From IMG/VR virus record IMGVR_UViG_3300020331_000002: a stretch of 64,000 nt of DNA. One strand, 5' to 3'. The position numbers were made by a program, and so were the translations under genes. Numbering within the stretch: position 1 is the first letter of the stretch; every line of letters starts with the position of its first letter. This document shows, piece by piece, positions 1 through 8,995 of the stretch. The notes beneath the pieces are model-generated. The model was not told where the DNA came from, did no database searches, and worked only from the letters and a program-made list of their open reading frames with translations. The stretch is from a virus (lineage: Duplodnaviria; Caudoviricetes).

Positions 1-1
1 G

Positions 2-238
2 TTGAGTGATTACGATGTTGATAAGCTTGTACTGGCACTTGTGGCGTTCAGTGCGCAATATGAAACCATGCGATATTTGCCCAGCATGCCTGACTTGAAC
101 TCGCCTCGTTTGACGCGCAAGAATGTCCTGCGCGAATACGAAAAAGTAGGTAACGTGGTTAAGATAGATGCAACTGAAATGGCACTAGCAAGGATCGAGG
201 GCTATACTTACTATCAGCGACTATGGGATAACGTATAA
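2..238 (+). CDS. hypothetical protein, probably 5'-truncated by the window edge
   Basis: ORF at the window edge; stop overlaps the next ATG (TAATG). Confidence 0.6.
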   Translation: MSDYDVDKLVLALVAFSAQYETMRYLPSMPDLNSPRLTRKNVLREYEKVGNVVKIDATEMALARIEGYTYYQRLWDNV

Positions 239-795
239 TGGCAGAACTAGGCAACACCTGGCAAGGAGGGTACTTGGACCACTTCACCCGCGCTGAAGCA
301 TATACCAAACGCGTCATACGCGATATAGGCACTGATACTATTTTCCTTGATAGTAAAACGTTCATGATAATCACGCCCGAATTCGTCTTCGTACAAAAGG
401 CGCACTATCCATGGTACGCAATGCCGTGGCACAAGCCGAAAGTTTATGCAAGTATATGGGATTGTCCTGACACCATCGGCTTGTCGTTTGCATCGGTGTC
501 ATCTAAGCTAACGATGTCTATGCACATGTCAATGCCATCCACTGATTCATCGAATAGTTTCAACGAGTGGTTTAAGTACGCACGTACTGATACTAAAGAG
601 TTGAATGACAACATACGGTTCTTTGACAAATTTTTTAAGCTGGCATCGCCTCATTTTAAACGAATGTCTGAATTCGTTCCTCTTACTGAGGAAGAGCAGA
701 GTATTAATATGCTCTATGCCAGACAAAATGTTCGTCCACCGTGTGTTAGTGAGCTTAGGCCAAAGAAGCGCTGTTGGTACCGGCCTCTAGGATAA
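238..795 (+). CDS. hypothetical protein, paralog of 808..1368
   Basis: 185-aa ORF; shared blocks IFLDSKTF, KVYAS, FFDKFF, PLTEEEQ with the next ORF. Confidence 0.75.
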   Translation: MAELGNTWQGGYLDHFTRAEAYTKRVIRDIGTDTIFLDSKTFMIITPEFVFVQKAHYPWYAMPWHKPKVYASIWDCPDTIGLSFASVSSKLTMSMHMSMPSTDSSNSFNEWFKYARTDTKELNDNIRFFDKFFKLASPHFKRMSEFVPLTEEEQSINMLYARQNVRPPCVSELRPKKRCWYRPLG

Positions 796-807
796 CAGGA
801 TAATATA

Positions 808-1368
808 ATGACTCTTGCAAGTTCGATAGATTTGAATAACGTTCTTGGACACGGCGACGTGATGTACGGCGCTGAGATGGATACTCAATGGGCACTTGCC
901 GATGCAATGAACCGGCCAATATTTCTCAACGAAGTGACGTTTGTGTTCTTTCATGAGGCTGGCGTGTTCATGCAGTACCGTCACGATAGATGGTTTACTA
1001 ACTCGTTTAATAGAGCGAAAGTGTATGCGGCCAGCTATACGGTAGACGACCCGCAGAACCCTCGGCCTGTGAATCTACCCGAAGCAACGTCATACGAGAT
1101 GTCGGATATGACTAGGCAGTTAGACATCAGAAGAATGTTCCTTCGCAGGTCTGAGTTTGCTGAAAGGTGGCGCATACACTTTTTCGACAGACCGGTAGAG
1201 CTTGACAAAGAAGTTAACTTTTTCAACCGCATATTTTTATCCTTGCTGCCTAGATGCGAACTAACGTCTGACCTTCAGCCCCTTACCGAGACAGAGCAAG
1301 CACAAAATGTCTTTTACGCCAAACAGCACTGTGTACCTAGTATAGTGAGTGGTTATGATCGAACATGA
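808..1368 (+). CDS. hypothetical protein, paralog of 238..795
   Basis: SD AGGA; shared blocks IFLNEVTF, KVYAA, FFNRIF, PLTETEQ. Confidence 0.75.
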   Translation: MTLASSIDLNNVLGHGDVMYGAEMDTQWALADAMNRPIFLNEVTFVFFHEAGVFMQYRHDRWFTNSFNRAKVYAASYTVDDPQNPRPVNLPEATSYEMSDMTRQLDIRRMFLRRSEFAERWRIHFFDRPVELDKEVNFFNRIFLSLLPRCELTSDLQPLTETEQAQNVFYAKQHCVPSIVSGYDRT

Positions 1369-1984
1369 TGAGATTTACCTTTCTAACGGATATTTGGAAG
1401 AAGATCCGGGAAACAAGTACAAGTTCTTAGTGCCGTCACCGTATTATACGAGTGGTAGAGAAAAGAACTTTGCATTACTAGGATCCAACGACAGAGAACT
1501 TATTAACCCGAGCAACGGCGACGAGTTTCTTTCTGAGTATAAAATACTAAGCGTTGCTGAGTTTGAGGACGAAGATGGTGACAACGGCTATGTGCCGTAT
1601 ACTGTGATGCTGTACTCAGTCAAGGACACTATCGCAGAAAAGTCTGTATCGAATATGCTTGGTCCGGGCTATTCCCCTGACTTGTTTACAGAGTTTACTA
1701 GGTTAGGCCGTCGCAACCTTTATCCGATTTATGCCTGGGCGCTTTTTAATGATCAGATGCCTGAAGCCAAACGAATAATTGAAATGGTGGAAAGGAAGGA
1801 AATTAACGACGAATTTTTTGACTTTATTGCACAAACGGTATTGACTTTTAACAATAATAAGTTATTATCGTATGAAGAACTACAAACCGCGACATCGGTA
1901 CTCTGCACGTTTGGCACATCACCGGATGTACTAGAGATGCCGAACCAAGTTATACAAAGGGTAAGCAATGTCTTCACGGAGTAA
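1355..1984 (+). CDS. hypothetical protein
   Basis: long ORF overlapping both neighbours; ATG 1355 chosen over GTG 1349. Confidence 0.7.
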   Translation: MIEHDEIYLSNGYLEEDPGNKYKFLVPSPYYTSGREKNFALLGSNDRELINPSNGDEFLSEYKILSVAEFEDEDGDNGYVPYTVMLYSVKDTIAEKSVSNMLGPGYSPDLFTEFTRLGRRNLYPIYAWALFNDQMPEAKRIIEMVERKEINDEFFDFIAQTVLTFNNNKLLSYEELQTATSVLCTFGTSPDVLEMPNQVIQRVSNVFTE

Positions 1985-2702
1985 TATCAAACTGATGCGA
2001 CTAGAACAGGCAAGAACAGGCATGCGTAAGATCCAGGCCGACGCGAAGGAGTTGTTAGGCGGACTCGAGCCTTTTAAAGATTACTATGAGTTTTTTGATT
2101 ACTGGCAATCAATACTTCCGACTGTGCGCACCCTTGCTCTACGACACGCTGCTTATTACCTTTATACAGCTGGCCGCCCGCATTGTGCGCTTAACTGTGT
2201 TGACGATATTATATCCGATCACTATAAAGTAAAAATATCCACATTGAACCGGGTATCATCAAACACAGTCGCGGTAACTACCTCGTCAACCCTAACTGAA
2301 ATTAGCCTTAAAGTCAAAATATCCGATAAACACGATAACAGTGATCTCTTTAACGGGTTGGGCATGTATGGCTATGTACCTGTATTGAAAGCCATGTTCG
2401 GTGAGCTAGGTGATATTGGGCGCTACGGGAACAATGGGGTGGTAGTTACGTTAAATATAGATAAGGATAACCCGATAACCGGCCACGTAGTAGCCATGTC
2501 GGATGACTTTTTTGCTAACAACCTGCTAAATGTAGCGATGGAAAAATTACAAGGGGTCTCTGACAGTCGTCAATTGCGTGAACGACTCGGAATCCCGGCA
2601 AGCACTTCCCGACGACTATACCCGTGGGGAGAAGAATTCAGTTCGAGCATAACTCGCCCGGACGGATACGTCGAAGAGACGCCAACCTATAAGTTGGTTT
2701 AA
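1968..2702 (+). CDS. hypothetical protein
   Basis: 244-aa ORF, SD AAGGG. Confidence 0.7.
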   Translation: MSSRSNIKLMRLEQARTGMRKIQADAKELLGGLEPFKDYYEFFDYWQSILPTVRTLALRHAAYYLYTAGRPHCALNCVDDIISDHYKVKISTLNRVSSNTVAVTTSSTLTEISLKVKISDKHDNSDLFNGLGMYGYVPVLKAMFGELGDIGRYGNNGVVVTLNIDKDNPITGHVVAMSDDFFANNLLNVAMEKLQGVSDSRQLRERLGIPASTSRRLYPWGEEFSSSITRPDGYVEETPTYKLV

Positions 2703-2733
2703 TTAAAACAAAAACCTATCCGTGGAGGATATA

Positions 2734-3789
2734 ATGTCAAGTAAAAAACACAAGTTAGCTGTCGTAATTGGCCGCTTTCAACTGTTCACCCAATCTCATA
2801 TGGCAATGATTGAAGAAGCTTTGGATGTAGCGGATAACGTCATCGTATTAGTTGGGTCCATCAACCGATCCCAAAGTTTGTCTAACCCGTTTAATTACGA
2901 AGAACGCAGAGAAATGATCCGTAAGTCTTTACGAGGTGATTCACTCTACCGTGTCGAAATTAAAGGTGTGAATGACTACATGTACGTAGAGTATGACTGG
3001 GAGTCTGAAGTTCAACGCGTTGTCCACGAGCATGCTCAACGATTACGTATTACGTCGAACAAAGACATTGTCCTTGTGGGTCATATCAAAGATAATACAA
3101 GTTACTACCTGCGCTCGTTCCCTACATGGGATATGCATGATGTCAGTCTTCTTAATAACGGTGAAAATGCTACCGAGCATCGCAACCGTTACTTTAAAGA
3201 AGGCGTGGTAAGTGATTCACTGCCAAGCGGCACGGTCGGCTTTTTGGAAGAGTACAAAGATGGTGAAGGGTTTGAATGGATGCAAGGTCACATCGCTGGC
3301 ATTGAAGAATTTCAAGCACCGTATAAGGACTTGCCTTATGGTATGACATTCCAGACAGGTGACGCGCTAGTAATCAACCGCGGACACATTTTAATGGTAG
3401 AACGCGGTCAACATCCGGGCTATGGTCAATGGGCTTTGCCGGGAGGCTTTAAGCACCCTGGTGAATGGGCACGGGATTGCATTTTGCGTGAGTTGGAAGA
3501 AGAGACTCTAATAAAAGTAGGTCCTAAGGCGCTGAAAGGCGCGTATAAAGGCAAGCGGTTTTTTGAAGGCCCTGGACGTGACGATCGTGGTGACTTAAGT
3601 ACCCATGTTGGTTTGTTCATCCTAGACGAAGACAAGCTGCCAAAAGTGAAAGGTGCCGACGATGCCAAAAAAGCTCGCTGGATACCTTTCGCGCAATATC
3701 GAAGAATGAGCAAAGTCTTGTTCGCTGACCACTATTTCATTATCGATCAGATGTTGAAGAGCGGTTACGGTACAGGCTTTACTTTATAG
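2734..3789 (+). CDS. nadM: bifunctional NMN adenylyltransferase / ADP-ribose pyrophosphatase (NadM-Nudix, NatV-like)
   Basis: N-terminal VIGRFQLFTQSH (cytidylyltransferase-like), VGHIKD..SYYL; C-terminal WALPGGF and Nudix box (RELEEET), GADDA; SD GGAGG before ATG 2734. Confidence 0.93.
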   Translation: MSSKKHKLAVVIGRFQLFTQSHMAMIEEALDVADNVIVLVGSINRSQSLSNPFNYEERREMIRKSLRGDSLYRVEIKGVNDYMYVEYDWESEVQRVVHEHAQRLRITSNKDIVLVGHIKDNTSYYLRSFPTWDMHDVSLLNNGENATEHRNRYFKEGVVSDSLPSGTVGFLEEYKDGEGFEWMQGHIAGIEEFQAPYKDLPYGMTFQTGDALVINRGHILMVERGQHPGYGQWALPGGFKHPGEWARDCILRELEEETLIKVGPKALKGAYKGKRFFEGPGRDDRGDLSTHVGLFILDEDKLPKVKGADDAKKARWIPFAQYRRMSKVLFADHYFIIDQMLKSGYGTGFTL

Positions 3790-3851
3790 GCGCAGAGCCG
3801 GGGCATGGTGCCCTTAATTTAAGAAAACAACAACGATCCGTGGAGGATACT

Positions 3852-4772
3852 ATGAAACAAATACCATTAATTTTTAAAACTGATTCGTATAAAACTGGTC
3901 ACTTTGAACAGATGAACCGTGATGCAGATCGAATTTACATTTATGGCGAAAGCCGTTATGGATTCGATAACCTAGTATGGTACGGCCTGCAAGGTATCAT
4001 AAAACTGCACCTCATGGAAACGATTACTGTCGAATCTGTAGAACAGATGCGCCGCTTTACCGAAGCACACGGCACGTCATTTAACTATGACGGCTGGATG
4101 GACATCGCAGTAAACTTTGAAGGAAAGCTACCGTTTACCATTCGTGCATTGCCCGAGGGTATGGTAGTACCTAGTAGAACGCCTGTATTTGTACTTTACA
4201 ATGAAGGCGGAAAGCGCACTTCGTGGCTCATACCTTATTTTGAAGCATTGCTTCATCGAGTATGGTATCCTACGGTAGTTGCGACTAAGGATCTTGAGAA
4301 GTATGCGATGCTACGCAAATGGGCCGAAAAGTCCGTTGATGATGTTGATGCCTACTTGACATTTGCATTACACGACTTTGGCGCACGCGGTGCAAGCTCT
4401 AGCGAAACGGCAGCAATCGGTGGATCGGCTCACCTCATGGGGATGTTCCGTGGAACTGACACATTAGAAGGTGCTTGGTTTGCCAAAGAAGCATATGGTC
4501 TAAATGACGATGTCGCCGGCTACTCGGTTAACGCTATAGAACACAATGTGGTTCTGTCGCATGGCGTTGAGAATGAGTATAATCTGTTTAAAGATTTGAT
4601 TGACCTGTATTTGCCTGCCGGAAAAATCATCAGTATTGTGAGTGATACTCGTGATATAGATGCTGCGGTTGATTGGTATATTGACAATCAAGACTACATT
4701 GCTGACCAAGCTGCTAAAGGCGGCGAAGGTTCTCGTGTTGTAGTCCGCCCTGACTCGGGCGGACCCGATTGA
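3852..4772 (+). CDS. nadV: nicotinamide phosphoribosyltransferase, N-terminal part (frame broken by 1 extra nt at about 4761)
   Basis: TDSYK, HDFGARG, AIEHN, IVSDT, VVVRPDSG motifs; stops right after RPDSG. Confidence 0.9.
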   Translation: MKQIPLIFKTDSYKTGHFEQMNRDADRIYIYGESRYGFDNLVWYGLQGIIKLHLMETITVESVEQMRRFTEAHGTSFNYDGWMDIAVNFEGKLPFTIRALPEGMVVPSRTPVFVLYNEGGKRTSWLIPYFEALLHRVWYPTVVATKDLEKYAMLRKWAEKSVDDVDAYLTFALHDFGARGASSSETAAIGGSAHLMGMFRGTDTLEGAWFAKEAYGLNDDVAGYSVNAIEHNVVLSHGVENEYNLFKDLIDLYLPAGKIISIVSDTRDIDAAVDWYIDNQDYIADQAAKGGEGSRVVVRPDSGGPD

Positions 4773-4785
4773 GGTTCCGGTAAGA

Positions 4786-5283
4786 GTGGTTAAAAAGCTC
4801 ATTAAAGGCATGAGCAAGTACGTCACTAAGAACAACAAGGGATATCTTGTGTTGCCTAGCTGGATACGTGTTATTCAGGGTGATGGCGTTGAGCTTGAGC
4901 AAATGGATGCGATCCATACTCTGCTTACTGACGCTGGCATCTCTGCTGAAAACATTATATTCGGCCAAGGTGGTTCTATGTTGCAAGCGCACGGTCGTGA
5001 TGACGCGGGCTTTGCAATGAAGATGTCTGCGATGGAAGTTGATGGCCGAATGGTGAAAACATCCAAGAAGCCAAAAACTGACGCTCGCAAGCACAGCCGT
5101 GAAGGTTACTTTAAGGTTGCGCGAGACGAAAACGGTGACATTGTTACACTAGCTACTGATGATCCAGAGAACTCTGGCTTACTAGAAGTGGTGTATTCAA
5201 ATGGCGAATTGATTAGAGATATGACATTCGACCAAGTACGTGCCAACTACGAAATCTTTGTTAATAAGAAATGGAACTGTTAA
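4786..5283 (+). CDS. nadV: nicotinamide phosphoribosyltransferase, C-terminal part (not a separate gene)
   Basis: KGYLVLP, IQGDG, FGQGG.LQ, FAMKMS, K.PKTD..K.S..G, TFDQVR; joins 3852.. in frame if one G is removed. Confidence 0.88.
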   Translation: MVKKLIKGMSKYVTKNNKGYLVLPSWIRVIQGDGVELEQMDAIHTLLTDAGISAENIIFGQGGSMLQAHGRDDAGFAMKMSAMEVDGRMVKTSKKPKTDARKHSREGYFKVARDENGDIVTLATDDPENSGLLEVVYSNGELIRDMTFDQVRANYEIFVNKKWNC

Positions 5284-5300
5284 TTAGTTCAAAACTGTAA

Positions 5301-5333
5301 AAAGGCTGGCCATTGTGCTGGCCTTTTTCTTTT
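5301..5333 (+). terminator. intrinsic terminator after the NAD salvage operon
   Basis: AAAGGCTGGC-cattgt-GCTGGCCTTT stem (with G.U pairs) followed by T-rich tract. Confidence 0.75.
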
Positions 5334-5339
5334 AATGTC

Positions 5340-5367
5340 TTGCTTTGTATTACCCGTGTGCTAGTAT
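5340..5367 (+). promoter_or_regulatory. putative sigma70 promoter
   Basis: TTGCTT-16-TAGTAT with TG upstream of the -10. Confidence 0.45.
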
Positions 5368-5398
5368 GTTCTAGAACAATTCAAAAACAAGGTAAAAG

Positions 5399-5668
5399 AT
5401 GATGCGCAATTTAAAGCCGTATACGTGGAAAATCATTTACGAAAGTGTCGCTGTAGTGGCAGGCTGGATAATACTCGGGCTTTTGAACGCCATTGCTGCT
5501 GACGTGTTCTATTTCAACGAGAGTGTAGCCCGAGAATTACGTGTGGCACTCGGTGTAGTTATTGGCGTAACGATACTGGCCGGTTCGTTTATCGGCTGTA
5601 TGGTACTCGCATCTACTTTCCCGCGCTGGCGTTATTATAAAGAAGTGTTTGAAAAGGGTGAATCATGA
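5399..5668 (+). CDS. small membrane protein (2 TM)
   Basis: two hydrophobic stretches; SD AAGG. Confidence 0.75.
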   Translation: MMRNLKPYTWKIIYESVAVVAGWIILGLLNAIAADVFYFNESVARELRVALGVVIGVTILAGSFIGCMVLASTFPRWRYYKEVFEKGES

Positions 5669-5889
5669 ACCAACAAGAAGTGAATTATACTTTGTTGAAA
5701 CGATCAGCGTGCGTCGCTGCACTCTTAATGTGCGTCGTGTTTTACTGCGCCCTACAATTGGTAATCGATGGAACCGAACCGGTATTCGGTGGCATGATTA
5801 TTGTATTTATAATGTTGGTATTGCCGCCAACCGTACTTGTGATACGATTCGCTCATTACAAGCTTGTAAACTTGAAGAAAGGCGTATGA
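5665..5889 (+). CDS. small membrane protein (2 TM)
   Basis: ATGA overlap; hydrophobic segments. Confidence 0.7.
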   Translation: MNQQEVNYTLLKRSACVAALLMCVVFYCALQLVIDGTEPVFGGMIIVFIMLVLPPTVLVIRFAHYKLVNLKKGV

Positions 5890-5940
5890 TCTAGCGCCAC
5901 AGGCTTCTAATAACAATAAGAACAATAATAGGAGTAACTT

Positions 5941-6231
5941 ATGCAAAATCACGAAGAAGCTGTGCCTACGAAGCACACAGACTTTGTTAAATTATGTCTG
6001 CGAGTCGCTTGGTTCGCAATTTGTAGCCTCACGCTTTATGCGTCGTCTATGTCATTATTGGCGGTGTTGCTGCAAATCGTCAGCGACCAAAGCCTAGACG
6101 CGGTGTTCGTTCGAACATCCGTCGGTATGCTCGTGTCGGTAGTTTTTATTTTTACTGTTTATGTGTTGTTCCAGGCCATAATCGGTAATAGAATGCGAGA
6201 GAAGACCGATGCAACAGAAGACTCTAATTGA
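5941..6231 (+). CDS. small membrane protein (2 TM)
   Basis: SD AGGAG; hydrophobic segments. Confidence 0.75.
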   Translation: MQNHEEAVPTKHTDFVKLCLRVAWFAICSLTLYASSMSLLAVLLQIVSDQSLDAVFVRTSVGMLVSVVFIFTVYVLFQAIIGNRMREKTDATEDSN

Positions 6232-6448
6232 TGTAGTTATTACTCTAACCGGTTATATTTCGTTTATTGTTGCTGAATACTTTTTATCAATGGTGGTGAT
6301 TAACGCGATTGCAACGGTGCCTAACCCTAGCTTGATAATAGTATTCTTACTGGTGCCGTTTGTGTGGTCAACTTATGTTTGTTCGCAATATGCGATTGAT
6401 GTGGTGAAAATTTACTGTAACTCGAGGAAAAGGAATAAGAACCGATGA
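6209..6448 (+). CDS. small membrane protein (2 TM)
   Basis: hydrophobic segments; overlaps neighbours. Confidence 0.7.
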   Translation: MQQKTLIDVVITLTGYISFIVAEYFLSMVVINAIATVPNPSLIIVFLLVPFVWSTYVCSQYAIDVVKIYCNSRKRNKNR

Positions 6449-6699
6449 GTGGAATCACAAGCAACAAAACAGCCATGCTGATAATTCGTCCAGTATCGTT
6501 TATATTGGCGCTAATTGGTATACTTTTATTAGTGATAGGCTTTTTTGCCACGTTAACTGGCATATCTACCTACGCTGATTTACACGGTGTGCATCGTATG
6601 AATATATTGCCGGTAATCATGATCGGTGCGCTGGCACTGACTATGGCGCTTGCTTTAATGTTGTCTGGCTGGACAAGGATTTTTTCAAACAGAAAATAA
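6445..6699 (+). CDS. small membrane protein (2 TM)
   Basis: ATGA overlap; hydrophobic segments. Confidence 0.7.
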   Translation: MSGITSNKTAMLIIRPVSFILALIGILLLVIGFFATLTGISTYADLHGVHRMNILPVIMIGALALTMALALMLSGWTRIFSNRK

Positions 6700-6708
6700 A
6701 GTTGAAAA

Positions 6709-6773
6709 TAAATCTTGATTGCTCTTTGAGTGTTTGCTATATTAATGACACTTAGAGAGCAAAGCGAGATTTA
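6709..6773 (+). promoter_or_regulatory. sigma70 promoter embedded in a long inverted repeat with the 5'UTR
   Basis: TTGATT(6715)-17-TATATT(6738). TTGCTCTTTGAGTGTT(6719-34) pairs GACACTTAGAGAGCAA(6747-62), 16 bp with G.U pairs. Outer TAAATCTTG/CGAGATTTA, 9 bp. Confidence 0.8.
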
Positions 6774-6776
6774 GAA

Positions 6777-7025
6777 ATGGCAGAATTAACTAGAACAGAT
6801 TTCAAAAAAGCTAAAGAAATTTGCAAAGCGCATGGTGTAAAAGGCTTCCGTAAACTTGCGCTGAAACGTCCATTGTATATTGCAGGCAAGCAATGTATTA
6901 AAATCGAAAACGCTCAAAAACTCCTCATTGACTTGCACAGTGCCGGATACGGTATTCGTGACTACCAAACTTGCTTTGAGCTTGCCCAAAAAGGCATGCT
7001 TGATTGTGTAACTATTTCTTTATAA
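6777..7025 (+). CDS. hypothetical protein
   Basis: 82-aa basic ORF directly behind the promoter. Confidence 0.75.
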   Translation: MAELTRTDFKKAKEICKAHGVKGFRKLALKRPLYIAGKQCIKIENAQKLLIDLHSAGYGIRDYQTCFELAQKGMLDCVTISL

Positions 7026-7035
7026 GGTGAATGAC

Positions 7036-7293
7036 ATGACTTCTGTAGCAATTGATCCTAATACACTTGTTGGCAATGATATTTCTCACAACCGCAGCAC
7101 GTGGCGCGTTACTGACTACTCGCCGTACGATGCTGAAAAGCTGCCAAACTTGGTGCGAGTTTGCGAAGAACATGATAAATTTCCAGGCGTGTTTACCTGT
7201 GCGAAAGTTCTAAAAAGCGGTGAAACTTCAAAGAAAGTCGTTAATTTATTTTTGTGCTTTACAGATGGCAAGTCGTTTGTTAAAATGGTTTAA
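7036..7293 (+). CDS. hypothetical protein
   Basis: SD AAGGTG before ATG 7036. Confidence 0.7.
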   Translation: MTSVAIDPNTLVGNDISHNRSTWRVTDYSPYDAEKLPNLVRVCEEHDKFPGVFTCAKVLKSGETSKKVVNLFLCFTDGKSFVKMV

Positions 7294-7317
7294 AATAAAA
7301 AAACCATTAGGACATTT

Positions 7318-7398
7318 ATGACAGCTAACAAAACGGGCACCAATCCACTTAGGCGTCACACTCAAGTATACCTTGACGCTGCAAACTTCAAATGGTGA
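7318..7398 (+). CDS. 26-aa micro-ORF (not in ORF track)
   Basis: SD AGGA, fills the gap: MTANKTGTNPLRRHTQVYLDAANFKW. Confidence 0.35.
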   Translation: MTANKTGTNPLRRHTQVYLDAANFKW

Positions 7399-7404
7399 AA
7401 CACT

Positions 7405-7557
7405 ATGGTTACCTTAGCAGAAGTTAAGCAAATAGCAAAAGAGAAAGGCATCGAAGCTGAATACGTGTACAACAAAGCACGTAGCCGTTACGAGGTTATC
7501 ATGCCTGACGGTTTCAAGTACAAGTCACTGTCAGACTTCAAAAAGGCAATGCTATGA
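7405..7557 (+). CDS. 50-aa hypothetical protein (not in ORF track)
   Basis: MVTLAEVKQIAKEKG...; ATGA overlap with the next gene. Confidence 0.6.
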   Translation: MVTLAEVKQIAKEKGIEAEYVYNKARSRYEVIMPDGFKYKSLSDFKKAML

Positions 7558-8141
7558 TGCTTTGGGGCAAGCCTGCAGGTGTTATGCTGCGTCTGAATAC
7601 TGAGGCTGACTTAATCAAACTGATTAACAAAATGGGCGTTCATGACGAACACACATTAAACATTGCCGGCATTCATCTCAAGTACAGGCAGATGACTCCT
7701 GAGGAACTTGCTGAAGAAAAGCTTACGTATGATCCGGAAATGCCGGAGAACACCGAAGTATTCATGGCTGATTATGGTCGTGGTGACTTTAACATCATTC
7801 CTATGTTTGACAAAAATCAGTTCATGACTTTTGACGAGCAATTAGCAAAGCGCGAGCGTGGGTACGTGTTCAACCTAGCACCGGGCACATACGACCTTGA
7901 CAAGGACACATACCCTAGTTTCCCCGTTGTGCTTTATGCTGTGTTAGACAATAGCTACGGCCGCGGCGGCAGTTTGACTATTGAAATTTGGAACGTGTCA
8001 CCCATTGACAGTATAACAACCGTTGACGACTTGCAGCGCATTGAAGACGAGCACGGTGAAAAGTGGGTCAACAATTTAGACACAGCTATCGAGATGCACA
8101 AGCGTCTAGAGGCAGCAAGGCAAAAAGAACAAAATCAATGA
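7554..8141 (+). CDS. hypothetical protein
   Basis: 195-aa ORF, coupled at both ends. Confidence 0.75.
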   Translation: MMLWGKPAGVMLRLNTEADLIKLINKMGVHDEHTLNIAGIHLKYRQMTPEELAEEKLTYDPEMPENTEVFMADYGRGDFNIIPMFDKNQFMTFDEQLAKRERGYVFNLAPGTYDLDKDTYPSFPVVLYAVLDNSYGRGGSLTIEIWNVSPIDSITTVDDLQRIEDEHGEKWVNNLDTAIEMHKRLEAARQKEQNQ

Positions 8142-8449
8142 CAATATATTCTGATGAAGACATGAAACGTGTCTGCAGTGAAAACAGCCGCTTGCGCAAT
8201 GAGCTCGCAAGCCTTGAACGTTTGGCAGCCAGGGGCGCATATTACACGACGGAAGAATTGCAGCATTCGCGCGACCACTGGGTGGTATCCGAAATTGCGA
8301 ACTACGAAAGTGGTAATGGCCGTCCAATTACTGCCCGTGCACTGAGTGTATTCGCACAAAAAGAAAAGAAGGCATTAGTAATGTCTTTACTTAAGGACGG
8401 CACACTAACTTCCGTCCAAGCCGCTGATATTATTAAGGGGTTAGTATGA
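8138..8449 (+). CDS. hypothetical protein
   Basis: ATGA overlap at 8138. Confidence 0.7.
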   Translation: MTIYSDEDMKRVCSENSRLRNELASLERLAARGAYYTTEELQHSRDHWVVSEIANYESGNGRPITARALSVFAQKEKKALVMSLLKDGTLTSVQAADIIKGLV

Positions 8450-8739
8450 CAGTTTCAATTCAAGACAGACTAGAATATTACCGTGAGCTCAGAGCAAACA
8501 ATGACCCGAGCTTATTGCCTACAGCTGAAGGCTACACTCGTGCATTTGATGGCACCGTTGTTCCTGAACGTGGCGAGCCTGCGCCGTGCGGTAATGAAAC
8601 GTATTTTGACCATGATTCAGGCTATGCGTACCGATGTTCTACTTGTATGGCAGTTGTCGGATCTACGGGCATGCCTCGTGAGTGTTACAACCTCATGAAG
8701 ACTATGGAAATATTACAGTCCGGAAAGAAAGATGTATAA
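8446..8739 (+). CDS. hypothetical protein with Cys cluster (C..YRCSTC..C)
   Basis: ATGA overlap; possible Zn-binding Cys. Confidence 0.7.
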   Translation: MTVSIQDRLEYYRELRANNDPSLLPTAEGYTRAFDGTVVPERGEPAPCGNETYFDHDSGYAYRCSTCMAVVGSTGMPRECYNLMKTMEILQSGKKDV

Positions 8740-8995
8740 CGTATTTATGCCGATGTTCGTGCGCTACGGCCTGCCTGCTGTCTATTCGATAATATCAGCA
8801 CTTGTGGTCGCTTTTATTGTTACCGGTGTGTTGTGGTGTATTACACCTACGGCAACTAAGGTTGAATTTTTCACACACTACAATGACGGACATATTTCGT
8901 ATTTGTTTTTATTCGTATGTGTGTATTGTATGGCCCTGATCGCAGAAGTGTTAGGGTATGTTGGTAAACTAATGGTAAAGGTTATAAAGAAATGA
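8732..8995 (+). CDS. small membrane protein (2 TM)
   Basis: hydrophobic segments. Confidence 0.7.
   Translation: MYNVFMPMFVRYGLPAVYSIISALVVAFIVTGVLWCITPTATKVEFFTHYNDGHISYLFLFVCVYCMALIAEVLGYVGKLMVKVIKK

Noticed and set aside
4745-4790. Programmed +1 frameshift or TGA readthrough in nadV
   Set aside because: Readthrough hits another stop (TAA) a few codons later. A shift at the TGA would give DSGGP instead of the conserved DSGDP, and no slippery site is evident. A single-base insertion is more parsimonious.
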